From positions 1,462 through 65,461 of the forward strand of contig NJBQ01000002.1 in assembly GCA_005223095.1 (NCBI GenBank): a stretch of DNA of 64,000 bases. The letters run 5' to 3'. The notes under the pieces were generated by a model. The model had not been told where the DNA came from. It was given only the letters and a program-made list of their open reading frames with translations, and ran no database searches. Origin of the DNA: Candidatus Aerophobetes bacterium Ae_b3a. Its GTDB lineage: Bacteria; Aerophobota; Aerophobia; Aerophobales; AE-B3A. Both the position numbers and the translations under genes were made by a program. Below are positions 34,635 to 43,355 of this stretch, in pieces; the stretch's first letter is position 1, and the number at the start of each line of letters is the position of its first letter.

Positions 34635-35408
34635 CTATTTCTCCTTTCCAATGACTTGACGAAGAAGAGAAACAGTGATCTGACCTTCAAAAGTGAGGTT
34701 TTTCCCTCCAGCCAGAATCTCTGTCTTGTCTCTGCCTACGTCACCCAGGGAGGTAATAACCAGGTCGGCCCCGCTGAAATCCTCACTCTGAGTATAGCTA
34801 TTTACAGTAATAATACATCTCATGCCAGCACCTTTTGCTGCCAGAAGCCCGTTTCGATTATCTTCTATGACAACACAATTAATTGAAGAAACAGCCAACT
34901 TTTCTTTGGCTAGATTATATATCTCCGGGTCAGGCTTCTTTGCCCTGACAATATCTCCAGCCAGAATCACATCAAACCAACCATAACCTTTCTCTCCAAA
35001 GAGGGTGCGAAGGAGTGTATTAACCGCCCGTTCATTTGCCGTGGAGCAGACAGCTAATTTGAGATTGGCATCATGGCATTCCCTGACAAGACGGGCTACA
35101 CCGGGACGTAGTCCCATCTGTCCTTCCCCGATTATCTCCATAAATATCTCTGTCTTTCGTTTATGAACTTCTTTAATGAGTGTATCAACATCCTCGATAT
35201 TTTTATCCAGACCTTCCCGAATAAGATAATGGCGCATTCTCTCCTTACCCCCTCCCACTTTTAGAAGTTCACCGTAGGTCTTGACACCCCATTCAATGTT
35301 AAGATTAAACTCTTTGAAAGCCCTGTTAAAGGCAACTCGGTGTCCATCCCTCTCGGTATCAGCAATTACTCCATCCTGGTCAAAAATAACCGCTTCAAGT
35401 TCTGCCAT
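34635..35408 (-). CDS. HAD-superfamily phosphatase (CbbY/GPH-like)
   Basis: 257 aa. Motif I FDQDGVIADTE; motif IV-like IEDNRNGLLAAKGAGM. Confidence 0.8.
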   Translation of the reverse strand: MAELEAVIFDQDGVIADTERDGHRVAFNRAFKEFNLNIEWGVKTYGELLKVGGGKERMRHYLIREGLDKNIEDVDTLIKEVHKRKTEIFMEIIGEGQMGLRPGVARLVRECHDANLKLAVCSTANERAVNTLLRTLFGEKGYGWFDVILAGDIVRAKKPDPEIYNLAKEKLAVSSINCVVIEDNRNGLLAAKGAGMRCIITVNSYTQSEDFSGADLVITSLGDVGRDKTEILAGGKNLTFEGQITVSLLRQVIGKEK

Positions 35409-35426
35409 TCTTTTCCCCCTTCTTTT

Positions 35427-36281
35427 CTATGCTTTCCCTTCGGATCCGAACTTCTCTATAAAGGATTCAATAACTTCTTGAACTTTATCTCGCATATAAG
35501 CAAGAATCTTTACTGGTTCATAAACTTGTGGACTTTTCCGGAAGTATTCTGAAAGTGAGTCCTTGAAAGCATGCTTTATTTGGGTGGAAATATTTATTTT
35601 TGCCCCTCCTAAACTTATACACTTTTTGAAGACCTCATCCGAAAGACCGGTTCCTCCGTGGATGGCAATGGCAGCTCTTATTTCTCCGGCTATTCTCCCA
35701 AGGAGGTCAAAGGCTATCTTTGGCTCACCTTTGTAGATACCATGAGCTGTGCCTATGGCCGGAGCAAAAACATCCACTCCAGTTTGACTAACATATTCAA
35801 GAGCCTGCTCGGGATTGGCTAGATGTGATTCCTGTTCCTTGACATGAATATCATCTTCTACCCCTACTATTGCTCCCAGTTCTCCCTCAACAGTTACATC
35901 ATGTGGATGAGCCATCTCCACTACTTCTTTGGTCATCCTTATGTTTTCTTCGAATGGAAAACTAGAAGCATCTATCATTACTGATGAGTAGCCTGCCTTC
36001 ACGCAGGAGTGGATAAGACTCAGATCTTTACAGTGGTCAAGATGAAGGGCAATGGGGACATTTGCTTTCTTGGCAAGAGCCTTCACTGTTGCCACTAAGA
36101 AGGCACATCCGTAGAGTTTTGCCGTCTTAACCGAGGTCTGTATTATTGCTGGCGCCCTTTTTGCCTCTGCTGCCCGAACAACGGCCGCCGCAGTCATCGC
36201 GTCCACAATGTTGAATGCACCAACCGCATATTTTTCGTGACTAGCCTTAGAAAGCATATCACGCATATTAACATAACTCAT
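35427..36281 (-). CDS. Class II ketose-bisphosphate aldolase (FbaA/GatY/IolJ family)
   Basis: 284 aa. AVGAFNI, LHLDHC, IDAS and HGGTG motifs. Confidence 0.85.
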   Translation of the reverse strand: MSYVNMRDMLSKASHEKYAVGAFNIVDAMTAAAVVRAAEAKRAPAIIQTSVKTAKLYGCAFLVATVKALAKKANVPIALHLDHCKDLSLIHSCVKAGYSSVMIDASSFPFEENIRMTKEVVEMAHPHDVTVEGELGAIVGVEDDIHVKEQESHLANPEQALEYVSQTGVDVFAPAIGTAHGIYKGEPKIAFDLLGRIAGEIRAAIAIHGGTGLSDEVFKKCISLGGAKINISTQIKHAFKDSLSEYFRKSPQVYEPVKILAYMRDKVQEVIESFIEKFGSEGKA

Positions 36282-37875
36282 CTGTTTTCTCCTTTGTCGT
36301 ATGAAAACTTATCTCTTGCCTTTGGCTTTGTGCTATGGCATCGAAGCTGGGCTTCAGGGTCTTATAGAGACCGTGGTAGACACCGTAGAGTTTCTCATAA
36401 ACTTCCTTGTTTCGAGGGTCGGGAATCGTCTCAGTCTCTATCTTAAGAACCTTTACTGCTTCATTAACACTTTTCCAGATACCCACACCGATCCCCGCTA
36501 CTAAAGCTGCCCCATAGGCACCGCCTTCCCTACTTCCGCTCACAGTTATCACCGGACATTGAAACACATCAGCCTGTATTTGTCGCCAGAGAGAGCTCAG
36601 TGACCCACCCCCAGAGGTCCTGATCTCCTTGACCGAACTCTCCATAGTGTTGATTAATTCGAATACATCCCTAAGGCTGAAGACTACCCCTTCCAGGATG
36701 GCTCTGGTAATTTCCGGACGTCCGTGCTGTAAACTCAAGCCAATGAACCCACCGCGTGCTGCTGGATCACTATACGGACAGCGCTCACCGATCAGATAAG
36801 GCAGAAATATCAGCCCTCGCGATCCTGCAGGTGCAGCAGACGCAATCTCTTCCATGATTTGATAAACCTCCTGGCCCATCTGCCTGGCCTTTTCCTTTTC
36901 TACCTCGCACAACGCGTCTCGGAACCACCTGTAGGAGCCACCAGCGGCCAATGTTACGCCCATAACATGCCATGTGCCGGGACTGTTATTGCAGAATATC
37001 TGCAGCCGTCCGTCAGCATTGGGATGAAACCTGTCCAATCCCATAGCTACGATCCCTGCCGTACCGATGGTGATTCCAAGTATGCCAGGTTTTACCAAAC
37101 CCATTCCTGTTGTCTGTATCACAGCATCTCCTCCCCCTCCAACTACTGGAAGGCCTACCGGCAGACCGGTTACTTCCGATGCCCTTTTCGTAATTCGGCC
37201 GGTGATCTCGGGAGATTCGAAGCACCGGGGCAGGCGTTCAATGGGTATATTAAGCAAGGTGAGAAGCTGATCGCACCACCGGCGTTGCCGGACGTCAAAC
37301 AGACCGGTTCCTGAGGCGTCTGAGACCTCCGTGGCAAATTCCCCTGTTAGGACATACCGAATGTAATCCTTGGGATTGAGAAAGAGGCGTGTCCTCTTAT
37401 AGAGTTTGGGTTCCTGCTCCCGCATCCATAGAATCTTTCCCCCGGTGTAGCCCGGGAGCATCTGGTTATTGGTCAACTCCAGGAGCCGGGGAATGCCACC
37501 AACAATTTCGTGAATACGTTGGCACTGGACCATACTTCTCTGATCATTCCACAAGATAGCTGGTCGCAGAACTTGGCAATCCTTATCTAAGGCCACCAGA
37601 CCATGCATCTGGCCGCTCAACCCAAGACATTTCACAGCATTACTGGAGATGCCGGTCTTCCGCAACAATCGCCATACACTGACCTGAACAGCTTTCCACC
37701 AGTCTGCAGGATCTTGTTCTGTCCATCCCGGCCGCGGAGAGAGAAGTGGGTATTCCTGTAATGAGTAACCGATGACCTTACCCTCGCCATCGATAAGAAT
37801 CGACTTACATCCCGAGGTTCCTATATCAATTCCTATGAGGTATTCACCAGCCATAAGTTTTTCCTCGCTTCTCAT
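36268..37875 (-). CDS. FGGY-family carbohydrate kinase (xylulokinase-like, long form)
   Basis: 535 aa. LIGIDIGTSGCKSILID. GGGDA. TSGGGSLS. The start overlaps the ALDH stop (TAATG). Confidence 0.85.
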   Translation of the reverse strand: MRSEEKLMAGEYLIGIDIGTSGCKSILIDGEGKVIGYSLQEYPLLSPRPGWTEQDPADWWKAVQVSVWRLLRKTGISSNAVKCLGLSGQMHGLVALDKDCQVLRPAILWNDQRSMVQCQRIHEIVGGIPRLLELTNNQMLPGYTGGKILWMREQEPKLYKRTRLFLNPKDYIRYVLTGEFATEVSDASGTGLFDVRQRRWCDQLLTLLNIPIERLPRCFESPEITGRITKRASEVTGLPVGLPVVGGGGDAVIQTTGMGLVKPGILGITIGTAGIVAMGLDRFHPNADGRLQIFCNNSPGTWHVMGVTLAAGGSYRWFRDALCEVEKEKARQMGQEVYQIMEEIASAAPAGSRGLIFLPYLIGERCPYSDPAARGGFIGLSLQHGRPEITRAILEGVVFSLRDVFELINTMESSVKEIRTSGGGSLSSLWRQIQADVFQCPVITVSGSREGGAYGAALVAGIGVGIWKSVNEAVKVLKIETETIPDPRNKEVYEKLYGVYHGLYKTLKPSFDAIAQSQRQEISFHTTKEKTDELC

Positions 37876-39332
37876 TAGCGGCCGCTGTGTAGAAAGCGCA
37901 GGCGCACATGTTTGACCTTTAGATACTCGTATAGTCCTTCCGGGCCATGTTCGTGTCCCAGGCCGCTTTCCTTCCAGCCTCCGTAAGGAGCGTTTATAAC
38001 ACCTGCGTCCACATTATTAATGGCCACATTACCAGATTGAAGTTCCCGGGAAAGACGGTCAGCCTCATCAAGGTTGTTAGTAAAGGCATAGGAGGCTAAA
38101 CCATATGAGGTATCGTTCGCTAGAGCAATGGCTTCATCCAAGTCCTCAAATGACATCACTCCCACCACAGGACCGAATGTTTCCTCCCGCATCACCAGCA
38201 TATGCTGGTTCACATTGGTAAGAATGGTTGGTTCAAAGAAGAATCCTTTGCGAAACTCCTCACCCTCTGGTCGCTTCCCACCGTAGGCTATCTTGGCTCC
38301 TTTTTCCAAAGCATCCGTAATATGACGCTGGGCCTTTTTTACTCCTCTCCCATCCACCATGGGACCCAAATCGCAAGGCACTTTAGTCAAACCATTCCCA
38401 ATCACTAATTCAGTTGTCTCCTTGACGAACCGTTCAAGAAAATCGTGGTAGATTTCTCGGTCGACGTAGATGCGATTGATAGCGATGCATATCTGGCCCA
38501 TATTCCGGAATGAACGCCGCACCGCTCCCTGTACGACTGCCTCCAAATCACAATTTCGGCAGACTATCAACGGGCAATGCCCCCCCAATTCCAAAGAAAC
38601 TTTCTTCAGGAAAGAGGCACAATCGGCCAGAACTATTCTCCCCACCTCCGTCGATCCAGTGAAAGCCACCTTCTTGACAATAGGACTGGCAATAAGTTGA
38701 CGCCCCACCACTGTTCCTGATCCTGTGACAGCATTCACCACCCCACGCGGTACACCGGCATCAACCAAACACTGGAGAAACAATAAAGGGGACAGAGGCG
38801 TAAGCGAAGGGGGCTTGGCTATCATCGTACATCCGGCAGCCAGCGCTCCACCCACCTTCCAGGCAAGTAATTCAACAGGGTAGTTCCACGGGGAGATTGC
38901 TGCTGCAGGACCAACCGGCTGATAGATTACCCGACTCTCCGTATCGGCCTCAACATTGGCCACAATGCGACCATAGACACGTTCCCCTTCTTCTGCGTAG
39001 TACCGTAAAATAAGGGCGGCCTTTTTTACCTCGCCTTGGGCTTCAAGCAGGGGTTTGCCTTGCTCTTCGGTCATAATACGACCGATTTCCTCATAACGTT
39101 GCATCACCAGCTCGCTAGCAGCTCGTAAGTAATTACCTCGTTCAGCCGGCGATAATTTTGCCCATTCAGGAAAAGCAACATCTGCAGATTTAATAGCACT
39201 GGCCACGTCTTCTTCTCTCGCCCGTGGCACCTGGGCAAACACCTCCTCGGTAGCAGGGTTAATAACGTTGATGAAGCCGCCATCAGCTGCCTCAACCCAT
39301 TCTCCGTCAATCAGCATAAGTTGATATTTCAT
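37875..39332 (-). CDS. NAD(P)-dependent aldehyde dehydrogenase
   Basis: 485 aa. ELGGHCP (catalytic Glu region), FRNMGQICIA (catalytic Cys) and EETFGPV. Confidence 0.9.
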   Translation of the reverse strand: MKYQLMLIDGEWVEAADGGFINVINPATEEVFAQVPRAREEDVASAIKSADVAFPEWAKLSPAERGNYLRAASELVMQRYEEIGRIMTEEQGKPLLEAQGEVKKAALILRYYAEEGERVYGRIVANVEADTESRVIYQPVGPAAAISPWNYPVELLAWKVGGALAAGCTMIAKPPSLTPLSPLLFLQCLVDAGVPRGVVNAVTGSGTVVGRQLIASPIVKKVAFTGSTEVGRIVLADCASFLKKVSLELGGHCPLIVCRNCDLEAVVQGAVRRSFRNMGQICIAINRIYVDREIYHDFLERFVKETTELVIGNGLTKVPCDLGPMVDGRGVKKAQRHITDALEKGAKIAYGGKRPEGEEFRKGFFFEPTILTNVNQHMLVMREETFGPVVGVMSFEDLDEAIALANDTSYGLASYAFTNNLDEADRLSRELQSGNVAINNVDAGVINAPYGGWKESGLGHEHGPEGLYEYLKVKHVRLRFLHSGR

Positions 39333-39724
39333 GTTTCACTTCCATCATTGGTCAGGTGGCAGGTCACCCAGACGACTGTTAGAGGAAGATTTCCCTTCTG
39401 ATAGGTCGTATGGTACTCGCCAGGAGATACATAGAAGGCATCTCCAGCTTTTATCGGAAACTCCTCGTTTCCAATTTTCATCAGGCCTTCTCCAGAAACT
39501 ACGAAATAAACTTCTTCTATGTCCTCATGTACATGACCGGTTGTCTTCCCTGTGGGGTAAATGGTTGTATGTCCCATTTTCAGATTTCGTGAGGAAGAAT
39601 TTTCAGGGTCTATAAGGAAATACGTATCCCTCAGAACCTCATTTTTACGGCTCTTGACATTGAAACGTAAAGAACGCTTATCTTCATCTGGTTTTAAGTC
39701 CTGGACATTAATAAGGTATCTCAT
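39329..39724 (-). CDS. Cupin-domain protein
   Basis: 131 aa. GHVHEDIEEVYFVVSGEG..GDAFYVSPGEYH two-motif cupin signature. 4-nt overlap with ALDH. Confidence 0.8.
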   Translation of the reverse strand: MRYLINVQDLKPDEDKRSLRFNVKSRKNEVLRDTYFLIDPENSSSRNLKMGHTTIYPTGKTTGHVHEDIEEVYFVVSGEGLMKIGNEEFPIKAGDAFYVSPGEYHTTYQKGNLPLTVVWVTCHLTNDGSET

Positions 39725-39758
39725 GTTTTACCTCCGCTTGAATATCTTTTTTCTGATA

Positions 39759-40709
39759 TTAATTGGGAGTTTTATTCAGCTCGCCACAAAATGGTTCGGA
39801 AATGAAGTGATTTCTGAATTGGGGATACTCTTCCATAAATTTTTCTAAAGCAAGACGAATGCACTCTCGCTCAGTTGAGCTTAGTGGCAGCAAAGGAAGC
39901 CGAGGATCACCAGCAGAAAATCCGGTGAAATCCATAGCTACTTTCACACCAGCCACTCCATGCCTGCCTGATACTTCTCGGTTAATTTGCAGAATTGCAT
40001 ACTGGAGCTTCCTCGCCTCTTCCATATCTCCCTGCTGAAATATCTCATATAGACGACAACAGGCCTGAGGCAAAAAATTAGCTGCTGATAATACTCCCCC
40101 CACAGCTCCCATCACTAGGGAGGGAAGAAAGAAATTAGCTGATCCTGCTAGAATTGAAAGCTTTTTCCTGTCTATAATGGACAAAAAGATGTTGGGTCCT
40201 GTTGGTGCACTATCCTTCATGCCTATGATATTGGGATGCTCACTTAACCTCAGCACAGCCTTAACTGAAAGTGCTACTCCTGCAGCAAATCCCGGAGCAT
40301 TGTACAATACTACTGGCAGAGGAGAGTTATCTGCTGCGGCTCGAAAGAAGCAAATCAATGCGTCATCGGTCATTGCTTTCTTGAAGTAATGGGGCGTCAT
40401 GATGCTGGCAACATCAGCTCCTTCATCAGCAGCGAGCTTGGTAAGAGCAATGGTTCCTGGAAGAGACTCATGACTGCAACCAGCCATCAACAGTTGATTA
40501 CTCTCTTTTCTCCTCAAAACCGTACGCAGTACCCTTTTCTTCTCCTCCTCATTCAACATGCAAGCCTCACCGTTACTTCCCAGGGCAAAATAGCCTCGCA
40601 GTTTCGTTTTAGAATATATTTCCATATTATGCTCCAACTTTCCAATATCTATCTCACTTTTGGTAAAGGGAGTACAAATAGGAGCCCATACCCCTGATAG
40701 GTTCTGCAT
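39759..40709 (-). CDS. DapA/DHDPS-family class I aldolase (2-keto-3-deoxy-sugar-acid aldolase-like)
   Basis: 316 aa. GYFALGSNGE, YNAPG and IIGMKDS (Schiff-base Lys region). Confidence 0.8.
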   Translation of the reverse strand: MQNLSGVWAPICTPFTKSEIDIGKLEHNMEIYSKTKLRGYFALGSNGEACMLNEEEKKRVLRTVLRRKESNQLLMAGCSHESLPGTIALTKLAADEGADVASIMTPHYFKKAMTDDALICFFRAAADNSPLPVVLYNAPGFAAGVALSVKAVLRLSEHPNIIGMKDSAPTGPNIFLSIIDRKKLSILAGSANFFLPSLVMGAVGGVLSAANFLPQACCRLYEIFQQGDMEEARKLQYAILQINREVSGRHGVAGVKVAMDFTGFSAGDPRLPLLPLSSTERECIRLALEKFMEEYPQFRNHFISEPFCGELNKTPN

Positions 40710-41253
40710 CTTCCAGGTTTCCTCCTTTCCTATGATATGCTCTCTTTAATGAAATCAATCATTCCCTGAACTGCTTGCCTAAACTGTTTTGCCGTAGTCT
40801 GAACGGCTGGATGAAAGGTGAAATCCTCCGACTTATATCCCTTTTCATCGTATCCTTACCTTATCATTGAGCAGGATATATCCTCATCGTCTATTAAATA
40901 CCCATTTACAGCTACTTGTCAAGTCACTCAAGATTTAAAAAAAATTGAAAGAAAACCTTCATCCTAGAAGTATTTAAACGAAATCTGAGGAGGAGGACTT
41001 GCTCTGGCTTGGACAGCTTCTTAAAGAATAATAATTATTTTAATCTCCAAAAAAGAGAGCAAACCTATGCTCCTTGGATAAAGACCCTCTTTGATTGAGG
41101 ACGGCTGGGTAAACTTTGTTTTATGGCAAGGCTGATTTTTAACAGTGTGTATCTTTTGTCTTCTCCAAAAAGAAGTCAATTCTGTCTTGACTGTCTCTAG
41201 AATGCACACTAAATCTCAGTTTTAGAAGCTCTTAATTTTTCGTGGACCTCGAC

Positions 41254-41281
41254 TTGACAGGTTTTTTGAAATGTATATAAT
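41254..41281 (+). promoter_or_regulatory. groESL promoter (sigma70-like)
   Basis: TTGACA 41254-41259, 16 nt, TATAAT 41276-41281. No TTAGCACTC-N9-GAGTGCTAA (CIRCE) between the promoter and the RBS. Confidence 0.55.
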
Positions 41282-41339
41282 TATGGACTGCGGGAATATG
41301 CTGTGAAAATAAAAAAATAATATAAAGGGAGGAGAAAGG

Positions 41340-41603
41340 ATGAAAATTAAGCCTCTAGGAAAAAGGATTGTAGTGAAACCCTTTAAACAGGAAGAAAAGA
41401 CAGAAGGAGGAATATTTCTTCCTGAAACTGCTAGTAAAGATAAACCTCAACGGGGTGAGGTAATAGCAGTCGGACCAGATTTTAGAGGGGTCAAGAAGGG
41501 AGACACGGTCATCTTTGCCAAATACGGAGGAACGGAAGTAGAGATAGATGATGAAGAGTATCTTATCCTCGGTAAAGACGACGTTCTAGCAATAGCAGAA
41601 TAA
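41340..41603 (+). CDS. groES: Co-chaperonin GroES
   Basis: 87 aa. [43 protein letters not shown]. Confidence 0.97.
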   Translation: MKIKPLGKRIVVKPFKQEEKTEGGIFLPETASKDKPQRGEVIAVGPDFRGVKKGDTVIFAKYGGTEVEIDDEEYLILGKDDVLAIAE

Positions 41604-41628
41604 CAACTTCAAAAGGAGGAAATATATA

Positions 41629-43269
41629 ATGCCTAAACAACTTTTATTTAAATCTGAAGCCAGACAGGCTTTAGCAAGAGGGGTAGATCAACTGGCTGAT
41701 GCAGTAACCATTACTCTGGGCCCCAAAGGGCAGAATGTAGCACTATCCAAGAGTTTTGGTTCTCCTACTGTAACTGACGATGGAGTAACTGTAGCCAAGG
41801 AAATTGAGCTAAAAGACCCTTACGAGAATATGGGAGCTCAGTTGGTGAAAGAAGTGGCTGAGAAGACCAAAGATGTAGCTGGTGACGGAACAACTACAGC
41901 TACCCTGCTCACCCAACACATTATACGTGAGGGACTGAAACATGTTATGGCGGGAGTCAACCCTACTCATCTGCGTAAAGGAATGGAGAAAGCAGTAAAG
42001 GCAGTGGTAGAAGAAATAAAAAAAACAAGTAAGATGGTCAAAGATAAAAAGTCAATTGGGCAAGTAGCTACGGTTGCTGCCTCTAATGATGCGAGCGTGG
42101 GTGACTTAATCGCTGATGCTATGGACAAAGTAGGAGAGAATGGCGTTATTACTATCGAAGAAGGAAAAACGGCTGAAACCACTCTAGAGATGGTAGAAGG
42201 AATGCAATTCGACCGAGGATACCTATCTCCTTATTTTGTCACCAATGCAGAAAAGATGGAAGTGGTGTTGGAGGATGCCTATGTCCTTCTACATGATAAG
42301 AAGATAAGCAATGTCAAAGACATATTGCCTCTTCTGGAAAAGATCGCCAATACCGGAAGGTCTTTCCTCATCATTGCTGAAGACTTAGAAGGAGAAGCTT
42401 TGGCTACTTTGGTAGTTAACAAAATAAGAGGCACTTTAAAGTGTGCAGCAGTTAAAGCTCCCGGCTTTGGAGATAGAAGAAAATCTATGCTGGAGGATAT
42501 TGCTACGCTCACTGGCGGACAGGTAATAGCAGAGGACCTGGGATTAAAACTGGAGAATATAGATCTTTCTATGCTGGGACAGACAAAAAGAGTAAGAATT
42601 GATAATGAAAACACTACCATTATCGAAGGCAAGGGCAAGCGAAAAGAGATTGAAGCCAGAATTGCCCAGATAAAACTACAAATGGACGAAACTGATTCTG
42701 ATTACGATAGAGAAAAACTAGAAGAAAGGCTGGCTAAACTAGCCGGGGGTGTTGCGGTAATCAATGTGGGAGCTGCAACAGAAGCGGAGATGAAAACCAA
42801 TAAAGCTCGAATAGAAGATGCGGTGGCAGCCACCAGAGCCGCGGTAGAAGAAGGAATAGTCCCCGGTGGAGGAGTGACTCTCCTCAGGATTGCACCAGCC
42901 CTAGATAAACTTAAAGCAGAAAATATTGATGAAGAAATTGGCATCAACATAATCAAAAACTCTCTCAAGGTTCCTTTAAGGAAAATCGCTGAGAATGCTG
43001 GCTTAGAGGGAGGAGTAGTGGTAGAAAAAGTTATGGGTAAAGAAGCCGGTTATGGACTCAATGCGGAAACAGGAAAATATGAAAACCTTATACAAGCCGG
43101 AGTGATAGACCCGGCAAAGGTAGTGAGAGCAACTATTCAAAATGCATCCAGTATTGCCAACTTGATTCTGACCACAGAAGCTCTGGTTACTGATATCCCT
43201 GAAGAGAAGCCAGCTATGCCAGCTATGCCACCAGGAGGCGGGATGCCACCAGGAGGCGGGATGTACTAA
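41629..43269 (+). CDS. groEL: Chaperonin GroEL
   Basis: 546 aa. [11 protein letters not shown] and a GGM-type C-terminal tail ([13 protein letters not shown]). Confidence 0.98.
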   Translation: MPKQLLFKSEARQALARGVDQLADAVTITLGPKGQNVALSKSFGSPTVTDDGVTVAKEIELKDPYENMGAQLVKEVAEKTKDVAGDGTTTATLLTQHIIREGLKHVMAGVNPTHLRKGMEKAVKAVVEEIKKTSKMVKDKKSIGQVATVAASNDASVGDLIADAMDKVGENGVITIEEGKTAETTLEMVEGMQFDRGYLSPYFVTNAEKMEVVLEDAYVLLHDKKISNVKDILPLLEKIANTGRSFLIIAEDLEGEALATLVVNKIRGTLKCAAVKAPGFGDRRKSMLEDIATLTGGQVIAEDLGLKLENIDLSMLGQTKRVRIDNENTTIIEGKGKRKEIEARIAQIKLQMDETDSDYDREKLEERLAKLAGGVAVINVGAATEAEMKTNKARIEDAVAATRAAVEEGIVPGGGVTLLRIAPALDKLKAENIDEEIGINIIKNSLKVPLRKIAENAGLEGGVVVEKVMGKEAGYGLNAETGKYENLIQAGVIDPAKVVRATIQNASSIANLILTTEALVTDIPEEKPAMPAMPPGGGMPPGGGMY

Positions 43270-43309
43270 ACCCATGAGCAAAAAGAACAGATAAGAAGAT
43301 TATAAAAAT

Positions 43310-43347
43310 AAAAAAAGGGCGGAGGAGGAATCCTCTGCCCTTTTTTT
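43310..43347. terminator. Bidirectional intrinsic terminator between groEL and pheT
   Basis: A7-GGGCGGAGG-loop-CCTCTGCCC-T7. Convergent gene ends lie at 43269 and 43356. Confidence 0.75.
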
Positions 43348-43355
43348 AGGCGTTA

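Noticed and set aside
41222-41248. TTAGAAGCTC..CGTGGACC as a degenerate CIRCE element
   Set aside because: Only about 5 of 9 positions match in the left arm and almost none in the right arm. It also lies upstream of the -35 rather than over the transcription start.
9560-43281. Numerous 60-150 aa ORFs antisense to or nested in long genes (e.g. 9560..9910, 16167..16529, 18617..18985, 27771..28154, 36859..37314, 41967..42968, 43003..43281, 46968..47377)
   Set aside because: These are shadow ORFs inside genes with strong family signatures on the other strand or frame. They have no RBS and low-complexity or atypical composition.
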